A model generated the notes under the pieces. The model saw nothing but the letters and a program-made list of their open reading frames with translations. It did no database searches and had not been told where the DNA came from. Positions 18,520-27,857 of a stretch of DNA of 42,522 nt are shown here, one piece after another. How positions within the stretch are numbered: position 1 is the first letter of the stretch; every line of letters starts with the position of its first letter. The stretch covers positions 1-42,522 of the forward strand of contig JANRLZ010000061.1 in NCBI GenBank assembly GCA_033762055.1. Direction: 5' to 3'. Made by a program: the position numbers and the translations under genes. Origin of the DNA: Saprospiraceae bacterium. GTDB taxonomy: Bacteria > Bacteroidota > Bacteroidia > Chitinophagales > Saprospiraceae.

Positions 18520-19554
18520 TCATCCCTCCTCCATCTCTTCCCAGGCCTGGGCCAGATCCTTGCGACCGATCATGTTTTGGCGGTTTTTCGCGGGACTTTC
18601 CTGTATTTTTTTGTGTAACTCCAATTGTCGGGGCGAGAGCAGGGCTTCGGGCGACCGGTTTTTCCCAACGAGGCTGTTGGCGCGGGCGGCTTGCAGACTG
18701 GTCATGGGGATAAAACGATACGTGGTTTGAGCCAGGTAATACTTGGGCGCGCGATCGGGGCGGAAGCCTTCGTTTTTGGCGCAGCTTTGGAAGTTTTGCG
18801 CAGCGGTTTGACGCTCGAGTTCGGCCCGGGAAGTAATGGCCGGATCGAACTGCACTTTTACCACCTCTTTGCCCCCCTGGAAGCCGGGTTCGGTTTCAAT
18901 AACGCCCGGCAGGCTGCCGAAAGCGGCTTCTCCGTTCCAGAAGCAGTACATGGAAAAAGTAGCGGTTTGCAGTCCGGCCTCGCGGGCGGCGAGTTCTTCT
19001 TCCAGCAATTCGAAGTAGGGCGGCACGGGTGTTGCCGCCCATTCCAGGGCGCGGCGCATACCGTTGACCAACTGGCTGGAGGAATTGAAATTGGTCATGC
19101 GCAGCACCAGATCGCGCTCGTCGTCGGGACGAAGGATGCGTACCACGGGGTTGTTCCAGGCCGGTTCGCCAAAACGGCGCAGGATTTCGGCGTCTTTTCC
19201 GCCTTTGTTGTTGTAAATGCAGACGGGGGTAAAACAGGTTTCAATTGCTTCCACGATCAACGGGTGCGAAAGCGTGTTGTTGCCGTAGCGGGTACAGTTG
19301 GCGCAGCCCGGCACTTCCTGAAACAACAAAAGCAGGGGTTTGCCGCTTTTTTGTGCCTGCGTTTTGCCCGCGTCGTAGTCGCGCAGCCAGCGCACTTTGC
19401 CTAATTCTTCAGGCTGTTCGGGTGATTTTTGTACCGGCAATACCGGCGTTTTTGCCTGTTCCGGAGTGGCGCCGGCCGCTTGTTTTTCCCCTTGAAAAAC
19501 CACGCCCGTGAGAAGGGCCAACGGAAGAAAAAGGAGGGTTAAAAATTGTTTCAT
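18520..19554 (-). CDS. Secreted thioredoxin-fold protein with a VPGCxxCT motif (Cys form of the VPGUxxT (seleno)protein family) fused to an MsrA-like domain
   Basis: I chose the ATG at 19554 (MKQFLTLLFLPLALLTG signal). The redox motif is LFQEVPGCANCTRYG. The downstream segment YCFWNGEAAFGSLPGVIETEPGF resembles the MsrA GCFWG region. Confidence 0.55.
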   Translation of the reverse strand: MKQFLTLLFLPLALLTGVVFQGEKQAAGATPEQAKTPVLPVQKSPEQPEELGKVRWLRDYDAGKTQAQKSGKPLLLLFQEVPGCANCTRYGNNTLSHPLIVEAIETCFTPVCIYNNKGGKDAEILRRFGEPAWNNPVVRILRPDDERDLVLRMTNFNSSSQLVNGMRRALEWAATPVPPYFELLEEELAAREAGLQTATFSMYCFWNGEAAFGSLPGVIETEPGFQGGKEVVKVQFDPAITSRAELERQTAAQNFQSCAKNEGFRPDRAPKYYLAQTTYRFIPMTSLQAARANSLVGKNRSPEALLSPRQLELHKKIQESPAKNRQNMIGRKDLAQAWEEMEEG

Positions 19555-19646
19555 GTGAATTCTGTTGAACATTTCCGAAAATTCGGGTTTATGATGCCAA
19601 TATTGTGTTTTTTCGCCCTCTAAATTAAACGTTTTTTTCCGCCATT

Positions 19647-20348
19647 ATGGAATGGATTACCAATCCCGACATCTGGATCGCATTTTTTACGCTTTGTGCC
19701 CTTGAAATTGTTCTGGGTATTGACAACATCATATTTATCTCCATTCTAACCAGTCGCCTGCCCAAAAATCAGCAGCAGCGCGCCCGGCGAATTGGTTTGG
19801 CACTGGCCATGTTTTCACGCATCGCACTGCTGTTTTCATTGGCCTGGCTCATGCAACTGACCACCCCTTTCATACATGTGATGGGACATGACATCAGCGG
19901 GCGTGATCTGATTTTGTTGTTAGGCGGCTTGTTTTTGATGTACAAAAGTGTGCGGGAAATTCATGCCAAAGTAGAAGAAGCCGACGAACCCGCTGAAAAT
20001 GTCCGCAAGGCGAAATTTGCAGCGGTCATTTCACAAATAATATTGATTGACATTGTGTTCTCCCTCGATTCGGTCATCACAGCCGTGGGCATGGTCAACG
20101 ATATTGGCGTTATGGTGGCTGCCGTGGTTACTTCCGTGGGCGTCATGATGCTGGCCGCCGGCCCGATCAGCGACTTTGTAAGTCGCCACCCGGCAGTGAA
20201 AATTCTGGCCCTGGCCTTCCTCATTATGATTGGCGTTGCCTTGGTGGGTGAAGGACTTGGTTTCCACATTCCGAAAGGCTACATTTACTTTTCCATGGCA
20301 TTTTCTGTGGCGGTGGAATTTATTAATATTCGAATTAAAAGCCGTTGA
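19647..20348 (+). CDS. TerC family integral membrane protein
   Basis: The 233-aa polytopic protein has the TerC-typical segments LEIVLGIDNIIFISIL and LIDIVFSLDSVITAVGM. Confidence 0.8.
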   Translation: MEWITNPDIWIAFFTLCALEIVLGIDNIIFISILTSRLPKNQQQRARRIGLALAMFSRIALLFSLAWLMQLTTPFIHVMGHDISGRDLILLLGGLFLMYKSVREIHAKVEEADEPAENVRKAKFAAVISQIILIDIVFSLDSVITAVGMVNDIGVMVAAVVTSVGVMMLAAGPISDFVSRHPAVKILALAFLIMIGVALVGEGLGFHIPKGYIYFSMAFSVAVEFINIRIKSR

Positions 20349-20352
20349 ATTG

Positions 20353-20383
20353 AGCGCAGGAACCATAGCCTGCGCTATTTTTA
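20353..20383 (+). terminator. Rho-independent terminator after the TerC gene
   Basis: The stem AGCGCAGG (20353-20360) with CCTGCGCT (20369-20376) is followed by ATTTTTA. Confidence 0.65.
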
Positions 20384-20419
20384 CGTACCGCCCGTTTTCG
20401 GCCGGCAGCCCGTTTTTTT

Positions 20420-22651
20420 ATGACCCATTCGCTTTATCGCCTGTTCCATCTTGCGCTCCTTGCGTGTGTTCCCTGGACGCTTTCCGCCCAAAAAAACATC
20501 ACGCTGGAAGACTGTTTTTCCTATTTCAAATTTTACCCGCAAACAGGCGCCAACTTTCAATACCTGCGGGATGGCGTTCATTACGCTGAGGCGGATAATG
20601 ACGGAAAAATCCACCTTCGCGATGTGCGGAATCCGGCATTCGATTCCATTATTCCGTTAAAATTACCCGACGAACTAAAGGGTTTTGATGAATTTGAATT
20701 TAGCGACGATGAAAGCAAAATCATGCTGCGCACCGATGCCGAACCGGTGTACCGCCACTCGGTAAATGCCCGTTATTTTGTGTACAACCTCGCCACCCAA
20801 AGCGTCGAACCGGTGTTTGAAAAAGGCAAACAACAGTTTACCGCCTTCTCTCCCGACGGAGAAAAAATAGCGTTTGTGTTTAATAATAACCTGTATTTCA
20901 AAGACTTAAAAACCAGAAAAACGATACAGGTGACGCACGACGGCGCCGCCAATAAAATTATCAACGGCTTGCCCGACTGGGTGTACGAAGAAGAATTCAG
21001 CCCGGTTGACGGCGACGGCATGGTGGCGACACAATGGAGCCCCGACGGCTCGCTGCTGGCATTCATCCGCTTTGATGAAAGTGCGGTGCCGGAATTCAAA
21101 ATGAACTGGTACGAAGGGGCGATGTATCCCCGTCAAAGCGCTTTCAAATACCCGAAAGTCGGCGAAGCCAACTCGGTGGTAAGTGTGCATTTATTCGACA
21201 CGAAAACAGACGGCATGGTAGGCAAGGTGATGGGCCTGGAGGCTGATGATTACTGTCCGCGAATCCATTTTACGCCCGACAACCAGTTGGTCGTGACACG
21301 TCTGAACCGCCGACAGGATACGCTCGACCTGCTGCTTGCCCTGCCCGATCGGGTCATGTACGATCAGGAAGACCGGACGAACTGGATTCCGACGCGCTTG
21401 CTGCTGGAAGAAACCGACCCGGCATATGTGGAAATCGAGTTGAAAAACAAGCTGGTTTTTTTGAAAAACCGCCCGCACTTCCTCTGGATGAGCGAGCGAA
21501 ACGGCTGGAATCACATTTACCGCTATCCCTTGCAACCCGCCGCTGCAGAAACACCGGTAGCCCTGACCGGCGGGAATTTTGATGTAACCGCCTTTTATGG
21601 AGTGGATGAAAAAAATGGCAAATTTTACTTCCAGGCTGCTACGCCCACCCCGCTCGAGCGGCAACTCTGGGAGGGCGATCTGAACAGCGGCGCCCTGCGC
21701 CTGCTCACGCCGCCGGGCGGGACGCATGAGGCCGATTTTAGTCCGACGTTCGATTATTTCACCCATGTCTGGTCGAATGCCAACACCCCGCCGGTCGTCA
21801 GCATCTGCGACCGCAACGACGATACGCTTCGGGTACTTACCAAAAATGATCGTGTACGCAAACTCCGACAGGAGTACGGTTTTGTCGCCAAGGAATTTTT
21901 CCAGTTTCCCCTGTCCGACGGCACCCTGCTCAATGGCTGGATGCTGCGCCCGGCTACGCTTGATTCGCTGAAAAAATATCCGATCCTGTTTGATATTTAC
22001 GGCGGCCCCGGTTCGCAAACCGTTCAAAATCAATACGATGGTTACATGGACAGCTGGCGACAAATGCTGGTACAGAGAGGATACGTGATCGTCAGCATTG
22101 ACAACCGCGGCACCGGAGCGCGGGGGCGCGATTTCAAAAAATGCACCCAATTACAATTGGGGAAACTGGAAACTGAAGACCAGATTGCCGCAGCGCGTTA
22201 CCTGGGTAGCCAATTCTGGGCCGACCCCAACCGGATCGGTATCTGGGGCTGGAGTTTCGGCGGCTACCTCAGCACTTCCTGTATCCTGAAAGGCGCCGAC
22301 GTGTTCAAGATGGCCATCGCCGTCGCGCCGGTGACCAACTGGAAGTGGTACGACACGGCGTATACAGAGCGTTACATGCACACCACGCGCGACAACCTGT
22401 CGGGCTACGAGGAAAACTCGCCGGTCAATTTTGCCGAGCGCCTTCGCGGCGACAACTACCTGGTCTGCCACGGCATGACCGACGACAATGTGCACTGGCA
22501 GCAAGCCGTGGAAATGATCAATGCCCTGATCAAGGCCAACAAACAGTTTGAAACCTATTATTACCCCAATCGCAACCACGGCATTTACGGCGACAACGCT
22601 ACGCGCCACCTGTTCAGCAAACTGACTGATTTTATTCTGGAGAAATTGTGA
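20420..22651 (+). CDS. Dipeptidyl-peptidase IV (S9B family serine peptidase)
   Basis: The 743-aa protein has a signal peptide, an N-terminal DPP-IV propeller region, and the catalytic GWSFGGY with downstream D..V and H residues (CHGMTDDNVH). Confidence 0.85.
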   Translation: MTHSLYRLFHLALLACVPWTLSAQKNITLEDCFSYFKFYPQTGANFQYLRDGVHYAEADNDGKIHLRDVRNPAFDSIIPLKLPDELKGFDEFEFSDDESKIMLRTDAEPVYRHSVNARYFVYNLATQSVEPVFEKGKQQFTAFSPDGEKIAFVFNNNLYFKDLKTRKTIQVTHDGAANKIINGLPDWVYEEEFSPVDGDGMVATQWSPDGSLLAFIRFDESAVPEFKMNWYEGAMYPRQSAFKYPKVGEANSVVSVHLFDTKTDGMVGKVMGLEADDYCPRIHFTPDNQLVVTRLNRRQDTLDLLLALPDRVMYDQEDRTNWIPTRLLLEETDPAYVEIELKNKLVFLKNRPHFLWMSERNGWNHIYRYPLQPAAAETPVALTGGNFDVTAFYGVDEKNGKFYFQAATPTPLERQLWEGDLNSGALRLLTPPGGTHEADFSPTFDYFTHVWSNANTPPVVSICDRNDDTLRVLTKNDRVRKLRQEYGFVAKEFFQFPLSDGTLLNGWMLRPATLDSLKKYPILFDIYGGPGSQTVQNQYDGYMDSWRQMLVQRGYVIVSIDNRGTGARGRDFKKCTQLQLGKLETEDQIAAARYLGSQFWADPNRIGIWGWSFGGYLSTSCILKGADVFKMAIAVAPVTNWKWYDTAYTERYMHTTRDNLSGYEENSPVNFAERLRGDNYLVCHGMTDDNVHWQQAVEMINALIKANKQFETYYYPNRNHGIYGDNATRHLFSKLTDFILEKL

Positions 22652-22680
22652 GGGGAAGGGGTGACTGGAACCACTTCTAT

Positions 22681-22697
22681 CGCAGCAATTTGCTGCG
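22681..22697. terminator. Short hairpin between the convergent DPP-IV and ATPase genes (weak terminator candidate)
   Basis: The stem CGCAGCA with TGCTGCG is 7 bp with a 3-nt loop. There is no clean T-tract on either side. Confidence 0.3.
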
Positions 22698-22698
22698 C

Positions 22699-24414
22699 TT
22701 ACTCACTTAGTTTTTCCAATTTAGCAAATAGCGCGTGAACATTCTCATGAATCTCGTCATGGTGCATATTGCTGGCTACTGTTGATCGGTCAATAATGAG
22801 ATTTGATACCTTCCGAATTCTTTGAAATAAGGAATCTTCTTTATCAAATAATATTTTTTTTCCGTTTACTTCTTCGAAGATATTTGCCTTGGTGTCAAAC
22901 CATGTTGAATTTTTTGGAAGCGAAAGTCCCTGTTCTTCAAAAAAAACATCAACAATGTCTTCTAACGGCATTGAAATTTGATTAGATTCATCTATATTAA
23001 GTTTATCAAGGATTGCTCTTTTCCAGGCATTTGGGACAAGTAAATAATTTTCAATATTCTTTCTTTCCCATTCAAAAATTGCAGGGTTGTTTTTTTCCGG
23101 ATGATAAGTTTCTTCTGAATCATAATCAAAAACCATCAATTTCTTTACAAGAGGATTGATTTGGCGCAATCCCTTGAAATGGCGTTCAGAATCTTTTTTC
23201 ATTGATTCTTTCGTTCCACCTCCCATTATACGGGGGTGAAACTTTGCAAAAATCTCTGCCTTTTTCAAAATTACTGCCCAAGATCTTAAAATTCTTTCAT
23301 CGTCTTCTCCCTCAACGTAAATGATATAAGGAGACTGAGATGTTTGACTTATTGTCAAGTTGTCTATTTCTGAAAGGGCCGTAATAATCTCCGTTGTTGA
23401 TTCTATTCGCTTGTGTTTGTTTGAGAGTACAGATATGATGGAATCAACGTTAACTCCTTTTATGAACTCTTCGGCATGGGTTGCGATCAAAAATTGGACA
23501 GTTTTCTTTTGTTTGAAAAACTGAATAATTTTTCTCTGTAAATTTACGTGCATATGCGCATCAGGCTCATCCAAAAGTATGGTCGTTAAACCCGGATAGC
23601 CATAAAAGAAAGCGAGCAGTGTAAGTACTTGGTGAAACCCACTTCCCCCTGAAATGATATCAAATTCCTTTCCGCCATAGACCGAGTATGTAACTCCAAT
23701 ATCAGTTCCCGTACCGCCTTTTTCATATTCTGGAGGATTTAGCGTTACACCGAACCATTCATGCATAACAGATTTTAGCTCTGCCCAATCTTGATTTTCT
23801 TTTAAAGAAATTGTTTTCCCGTTGCGCTCTTTGCTGATTACTCTGAAAAGCAGGTTTCGCAAGACCGACCCTGGCTGTGCTTTACCGACATTTCGTCTTA
23901 TCACTGCATCATCGTACCAAATCTCAGTAGGCTCAAGGCCTGAAAAGGGTGGTACGTATAAGATTCTTGGATAAGCATCTGATTTTCGCAGCTCATGAAA
24001 TTTTTCCCATCCAAGTTTTGGGATTGCATAAACAGATTGAGGTGTTTGATAGCGCAGGTTAACGCCGAAAGAAAGGTGCTCTCCCAAAGAACCTCGCCAT
24101 TCGAGGTTAATCTCTATTAAAATATAGGGTTGCCCCTTTTTTTGGGTTTCTTTATTTTTCCATAAAAGATTAAACTCAGGCAAAGGCAAAGCCGTAAAGT
24201 TTGGGAGTACAATTTGTATACCGCTCTCCCCTTTTTTATTGGGCCTTCGGCCAAATTCATCAATACAATATTGCCAAATAGCCAGCGCTTGCAATACCGT
24301 ACTCTTGCCGCTATTGTTTTGCCCTACCAACAAGTCAAAATCTGTAAAATCATAAACTTGATCTTCAATTTTTTTGAAATTTGTTAGGGTAACTCTCTTG
24401 AGCATTTTATTCAT
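22699..24414 (-). CDS. ABC-type (AAA_15/AAA_21-like) ATPase fused to a Toprim/DUF4435-like C-terminal domain; OLD-family or fused PARIS (AriA-AriB)-like candidate defence nuclease
   Basis: ATPase motifs are Walker A GQNNSGKST (aa 31-39), signature-like SGGSG (aa 255-259), Walker B ILLDEPD (aa 279-285) and H-loop ATH (aa 311-313). The C-terminal domain has YVEGEDD (aa 366-372), FDYDSE (aa 429-434) and IENYL (aa 454-458). GC is markedly lower than in the flanks. Confidence 0.7.
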   Translation of the reverse strand: MNKMLKRVTLTNFKKIEDQVYDFTDFDLLVGQNNSGKSTVLQALAIWQYCIDEFGRRPNKKGESGIQIVLPNFTALPLPEFNLLWKNKETQKKGQPYILIEINLEWRGSLGEHLSFGVNLRYQTPQSVYAIPKLGWEKFHELRKSDAYPRILYVPPFSGLEPTEIWYDDAVIRRNVGKAQPGSVLRNLLFRVISKERNGKTISLKENQDWAELKSVMHEWFGVTLNPPEYEKGGTGTDIGVTYSVYGGKEFDIISGGSGFHQVLTLLAFFYGYPGLTTILLDEPDAHMHVNLQRKIIQFFKQKKTVQFLIATHAEEFIKGVNVDSIISVLSNKHKRIESTTEIITALSEIDNLTISQTSQSPYIIYVEGEDDERILRSWAVILKKAEIFAKFHPRIMGGGTKESMKKDSERHFKGLRQINPLVKKLMVFDYDSEETYHPEKNNPAIFEWERKNIENYLLVPNAWKRAILDKLNIDESNQISMPLEDIVDVFFEEQGLSLPKNSTWFDTKANIFEEVNGKKILFDKEDSLFQRIRKVSNLIIDRSTVASNMHHDEIHENVHALFAKLEKLSE

Positions 24415-27400
24415 GTGGCATTTTTTTTTACCAAAGTTACTTCAATGTCAAATTGAATTCCATCATCTAAGGTGACTTTTTCAGCATTTTGCAAATTTTC
24501 AAATATCAACTCATCCGCCAGCACTTCCGACTGAATATAATCGGCAAATTTTTCCACGGCCGGTACGATGGCCGGGTGGCGTTCGATGCGTACGGCGATG
24601 CGGTCGGTGACGTTGAAATCCTTGTCCTTGCGGATATTCTGGATACGGTTGACCAGGTCGCGGGCGGTACCTTCGGCCAGCAGCTCGTCGCTCAGGTTGA
24701 CGTCGAGTGCTACGGTGATGGAACCATCGGAGGCCGATTTCCAGCCCGGAAGATCTTCCGTTTTGATGATGACATCTTCGAGCATAATATCGTACTCGCT
24801 TTTATCGAGCGTGATATGGTAAAATCCGTCGCGCTCCAATTTGGCGAGGTGATGGTCGTCCCAGTAGCGGATGATCGCGCTGACGTACTCCATGTCCTTG
24901 CCGACCTTGGCGCCCAGGGTTTTAAAATTGGGGCGCCCCGATTTTTTCAGCAAGCCGCTGGCATCGGTCACATATTCGAGCGCTTTTACGTTGATTTCGC
25001 TCAAAATCAGGTCTTTCACCGTATCCACTTCGCGGATAAATGCCTCATCGAGTACGGGCAGCATGATTTTTTGGAGCGGCTGGCGTACGCGCAATTTTTC
25101 TCTTTTTCGCACACTAAGCGCCAGCGAACAAATGCGTTGCGCATAATCCATCCGTTTTTCCAGGTCTTTGTCCACCTTGGTCGGGTCGGGCTGAACAAGA
25201 TCGGTAAGGTGTACCGAATCGTGGCGCAACGGTGTGTTGCCGGCTTTGGCGGCATCGCGGATGGGCGCTGTGAGGTTGCGGTAAAGCCAGTCGGAAAAAT
25301 ACGGCGCTACCGAAGCCATGAGTTGTGTCGTCACCATCAGGCATTCGAACAGCGTTTGGTAGGCAGCTAATTTGTCGTCGTTCATTTCGCCTTTCCAGAA
25401 ACGGCGACGCGAGAGGCGAACGTACCAGTTCGACAAGTGTTCGTCCACAAAATCCTCGATGGCGCGGCAGGCGCGCGTCACGTCGTAGTCATCCATCGCA
25501 ACGCGGTAATCGGCCACGAGGGAGTAGAGTTTGGAGATGACCCAGCGATCCAGTTCGCTGCGCTGGTCGTAGGGAAAAACCTTGCGCTCGTCGTGTTTGA
25601 ACCCGTCGAGATTGGCGTAGAGGGCAAAGAAATTGTAGGTGTTGTACAAAGTGCCGAACAACTTGTTGCGCACCTCGATGATGCCTCCGGTGTCGAATTT
25701 CAGGTTGTCCCAGGGGTTGGCGTTCGACATCATGTACCAGCGCGTTGCATCGGCGCCGTAGGTAGAAAGCGTATCGAAAGGATCCACCACATTGCCTTTC
25801 GATTTCGACATTTTTTCTCCGTTTTTATCCAGCACGAGGCCATTCGACACCACATTTTTAAACGCCACCGAATCGTACACCATACCGGCAATGGCGTGCA
25901 GGGTGTAAAACCAACCGCGGGTCTGGTCCACGCCTTCGGCAATGAAAGTGGCAGGATAAGCCACCTCGAAAGGCGTTTTAAACGGTTTGTCATCGCCCTT
26001 TTTTAATTTTTCATAATCAAGTCCCCACTGCGCGTACGGCATCGAACCCGAATCGAACCACACGTCTATGAGGTCGAGCTCGCGGCGCATGGGCCGACCG
26101 GAGGCCGATACCAGCACTACCTCGTCAATAAACGGCCGATGCAGGTCGTCGGGAAGGGTTTGTTGCAACCCGAGGCGGGCGTTGGCCTTTTCCATTTCGG
26201 CGCGCAACTCGACGGTCGAACCGATACAAATTTCCTCCTCGCCGTCGTCGGTGCGCCAGATGGGCAGCGGAATGCCCCAGTAGCGCGAGCGGCTGAGGTT
26301 CCAGTCCTGCAAATTATCGAGCCAGGCGCCGAAACGACCGGTTCCGGTGCTTTCCGGCTGCCAGTTGATGGTACGGTTCAGTTCGGCGAGCCGTTCTTTG
26401 GCCGCAGAAGCGCGCACAAACCAGGAGTCGAGCGGATAATACAGCACCGGCTTGTCGGTACGCCAGCAATGCGGGTAGCTGTGTTTGTATTTTTCAATTT
26501 TAAACGCCTTGTTATCTTCTTTCAGGCGCAATGCAATGAGCAAATCGGTAGGTTTGAAGCTCTTGTCTTGCTGTACTTCGGCGTCGTAATATTCGGCTTT
26601 GACAAATTTTCCGCCGAATTCCGGCACCTCGTCCACAAATTTCCCCTGCTTGTCCACCAGCGGGAAGGGCAGGTCAGGCGATTTTTCGTTGGGCAAGCCG
26701 AGGAATGGCATGCCGGCCGCTTTTACGGCCCTAAAGTCGTCGGCGCCAAAATACGGAGCGGTATGCACCACGCCGGTGCCGTCTTCAGTCGTTACCCAGT
26801 CGCCCGGAATGACGCGGAAGGCTTTTTCTTCGAGTTCGGGAGTGGAGGCAGCAGGGGTGGGGAGCAATTGTTCAAATTGAATTCCCACCAGGTCTTTTCC
26901 GGCAATACCCGCCCGGGCGATGCGGTAGGGAAGCACTTTATCGCCGACTTTAAATTGGTCAAAATCCTGATTTTCGCCTTCGGCGGAAAAGTAGGCCGAA
27001 AGACGCGCTTTGGCGAGGATCACGCTGAGCGGCTGTCCGGTGTAAGGGCTCAGGGTTTGAACTTTTACGTATTCGATTTGGGGGCCCACGGTAAGCGCCA
27101 CGTTGGAAGGAAGCGTCCAGGGGGTAGTCGTCCAGGCCAGTACGCGGAGGTCTTCATTTTCCGTGTCAAAAAAGCGGGCGGAATGTTCATTTTGCCGCAC
27201 TTTGAACATTGCCACTACCGAGATGTCGGTCACTTCCTTATACGTTCCCGGCATGTTCAGTTCGTGCGAGCTGAGTCCGGTTCCAGCAGCCGGGGAATAG
27301 GGCTGGATGGTGAAACCTTTGTACAGAAAGGATTGGCCGTCGGCGGCTTTTTTGTTGTAAAGACGCTGGAGGATGTACCAAACCGTTTCAATGTATTCGT

Positions 27401-27857
27401 TTTCGAAAGTGATGTACGGGTTGTCGAGATCGGCCCAGTAACCCATGCGACGGGTGAGGTCGTCCCACAGGTTTTTATAACGCATCACGGTTTGGCGGCA
27501 GGCGGAGTTGTATTCTTCCACCGTCACCTTTTTGCCGATGTCTTCTTTGGTGATACCGAGTTCTTTTTCGACCTGAAGTTCGATGGGCAGTCCGTGGGTA
27601 TCCCAACCGCCTTTTCGTTCCACCCGGTAGCCTTTGAGGGTGTTGTAACGGCAAAAGAGGTCTTTCACCGTTCGGGCCATCACATGGTGGATGCCGGGTT
27701 TGCCATTGGCTGAAGGCGGACCTTCGTAAAACACAAACGCCTGGTCTTTCGGGCGTTGGCCGACGGATTGTTCAAAAATCTTTTCTTCTTCCCAAAACTG
27801 TCGGACTTCAGCGTCAATGGCCGGCAGGTTGAGATGTTTGAATTCGCGGTACATCAT
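24411..27857 (-). CDS. ileS: Isoleucine--tRNA ligase (type 2)
   Basis: The 1148-aa protein has a HIGH-type motif (PSANGKPGIHHVMA), KMSKSKGN, and a CP1 editing domain region. Confidence 0.95.
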   Translation of the reverse strand: MMYREFKHLNLPAIDAEVRQFWEEEKIFEQSVGQRPKDQAFVFYEGPPSANGKPGIHHVMARTVKDLFCRYNTLKGYRVERKGGWDTHGLPIELQVEKELGITKEDIGKKVTVEEYNSACRQTVMRYKNLWDDLTRRMGYWADLDNPYITFENEYIETVWYILQRLYNKKAADGQSFLYKGFTIQPYSPAAGTGLSSHELNMPGTYKEVTDISVVAMFKVRQNEHSARFFDTENEDLRVLAWTTTPWTLPSNVALTVGPQIEYVKVQTLSPYTGQPLSVILAKARLSAYFSAEGENQDFDQFKVGDKVLPYRIARAGIAGKDLVGIQFEQLLPTPAASTPELEEKAFRVIPGDWVTTEDGTGVVHTAPYFGADDFRAVKAAGMPFLGLPNEKSPDLPFPLVDKQGKFVDEVPEFGGKFVKAEYYDAEVQQDKSFKPTDLLIALRLKEDNKAFKIEKYKHSYPHCWRTDKPVLYYPLDSWFVRASAAKERLAELNRTINWQPESTGTGRFGAWLDNLQDWNLSRSRYWGIPLPIWRTDDGEEEICIGSTVELRAEMEKANARLGLQQTLPDDLHRPFIDEVVLVSASGRPMRRELDLIDVWFDSGSMPYAQWGLDYEKLKKGDDKPFKTPFEVAYPATFIAEGVDQTRGWFYTLHAIAGMVYDSVAFKNVVSNGLVLDKNGEKMSKSKGNVVDPFDTLSTYGADATRWYMMSNANPWDNLKFDTGGIIEVRNKLFGTLYNTYNFFALYANLDGFKHDERKVFPYDQRSELDRWVISKLYSLVADYRVAMDDYDVTRACRAIEDFVDEHLSNWYVRLSRRRFWKGEMNDDKLAAYQTLFECLMVTTQLMASVAPYFSDWLYRNLTAPIRDAAKAGNTPLRHDSVHLTDLVQPDPTKVDKDLEKRMDYAQRICSLALSVRKREKLRVRQPLQKIMLPVLDEAFIREVDTVKDLILSEINVKALEYVTDASGLLKKSGRPNFKTLGAKVGKDMEYVSAIIRYWDDHHLAKLERDGFYHITLDKSEYDIMLEDVIIKTEDLPGWKSASDGSITVALDVNLSDELLAEGTARDLVNRIQNIRKDKDFNVTDRIAVRIERHPAIVPAVEKFADYIQSEVLADELIFENLQNAEKVTLDDGIQFDIEVTLVKKNAT

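Noticed and set aside
19555-19646. I looked for a yybP-ykoY (Mn2+) riboswitch upstream of the TerC-family gene.
   Set aside because: Only 92 nt are available, and none of the conserved riboswitch core sequence is visible.
26139-27713. A long 524-aa plus-strand ORF antisense to ileS. Similar long antisense ORFs occur at 28449-29717 (cysS), 29987-30991 (pyk), 16376-17371 (dapA), 21191-22150 (DPP-IV), 24489-25370, 7786-8430 and 9525-10085.
   Set aside because: Each lies fully inside a confidently identified conserved gene on the other strand. Their translations are low-complexity, rich in G, R, A, V and F, and carry no recognisable motif. This is the typical stop-codon-poor antisense frame of moderately GC-rich genes.
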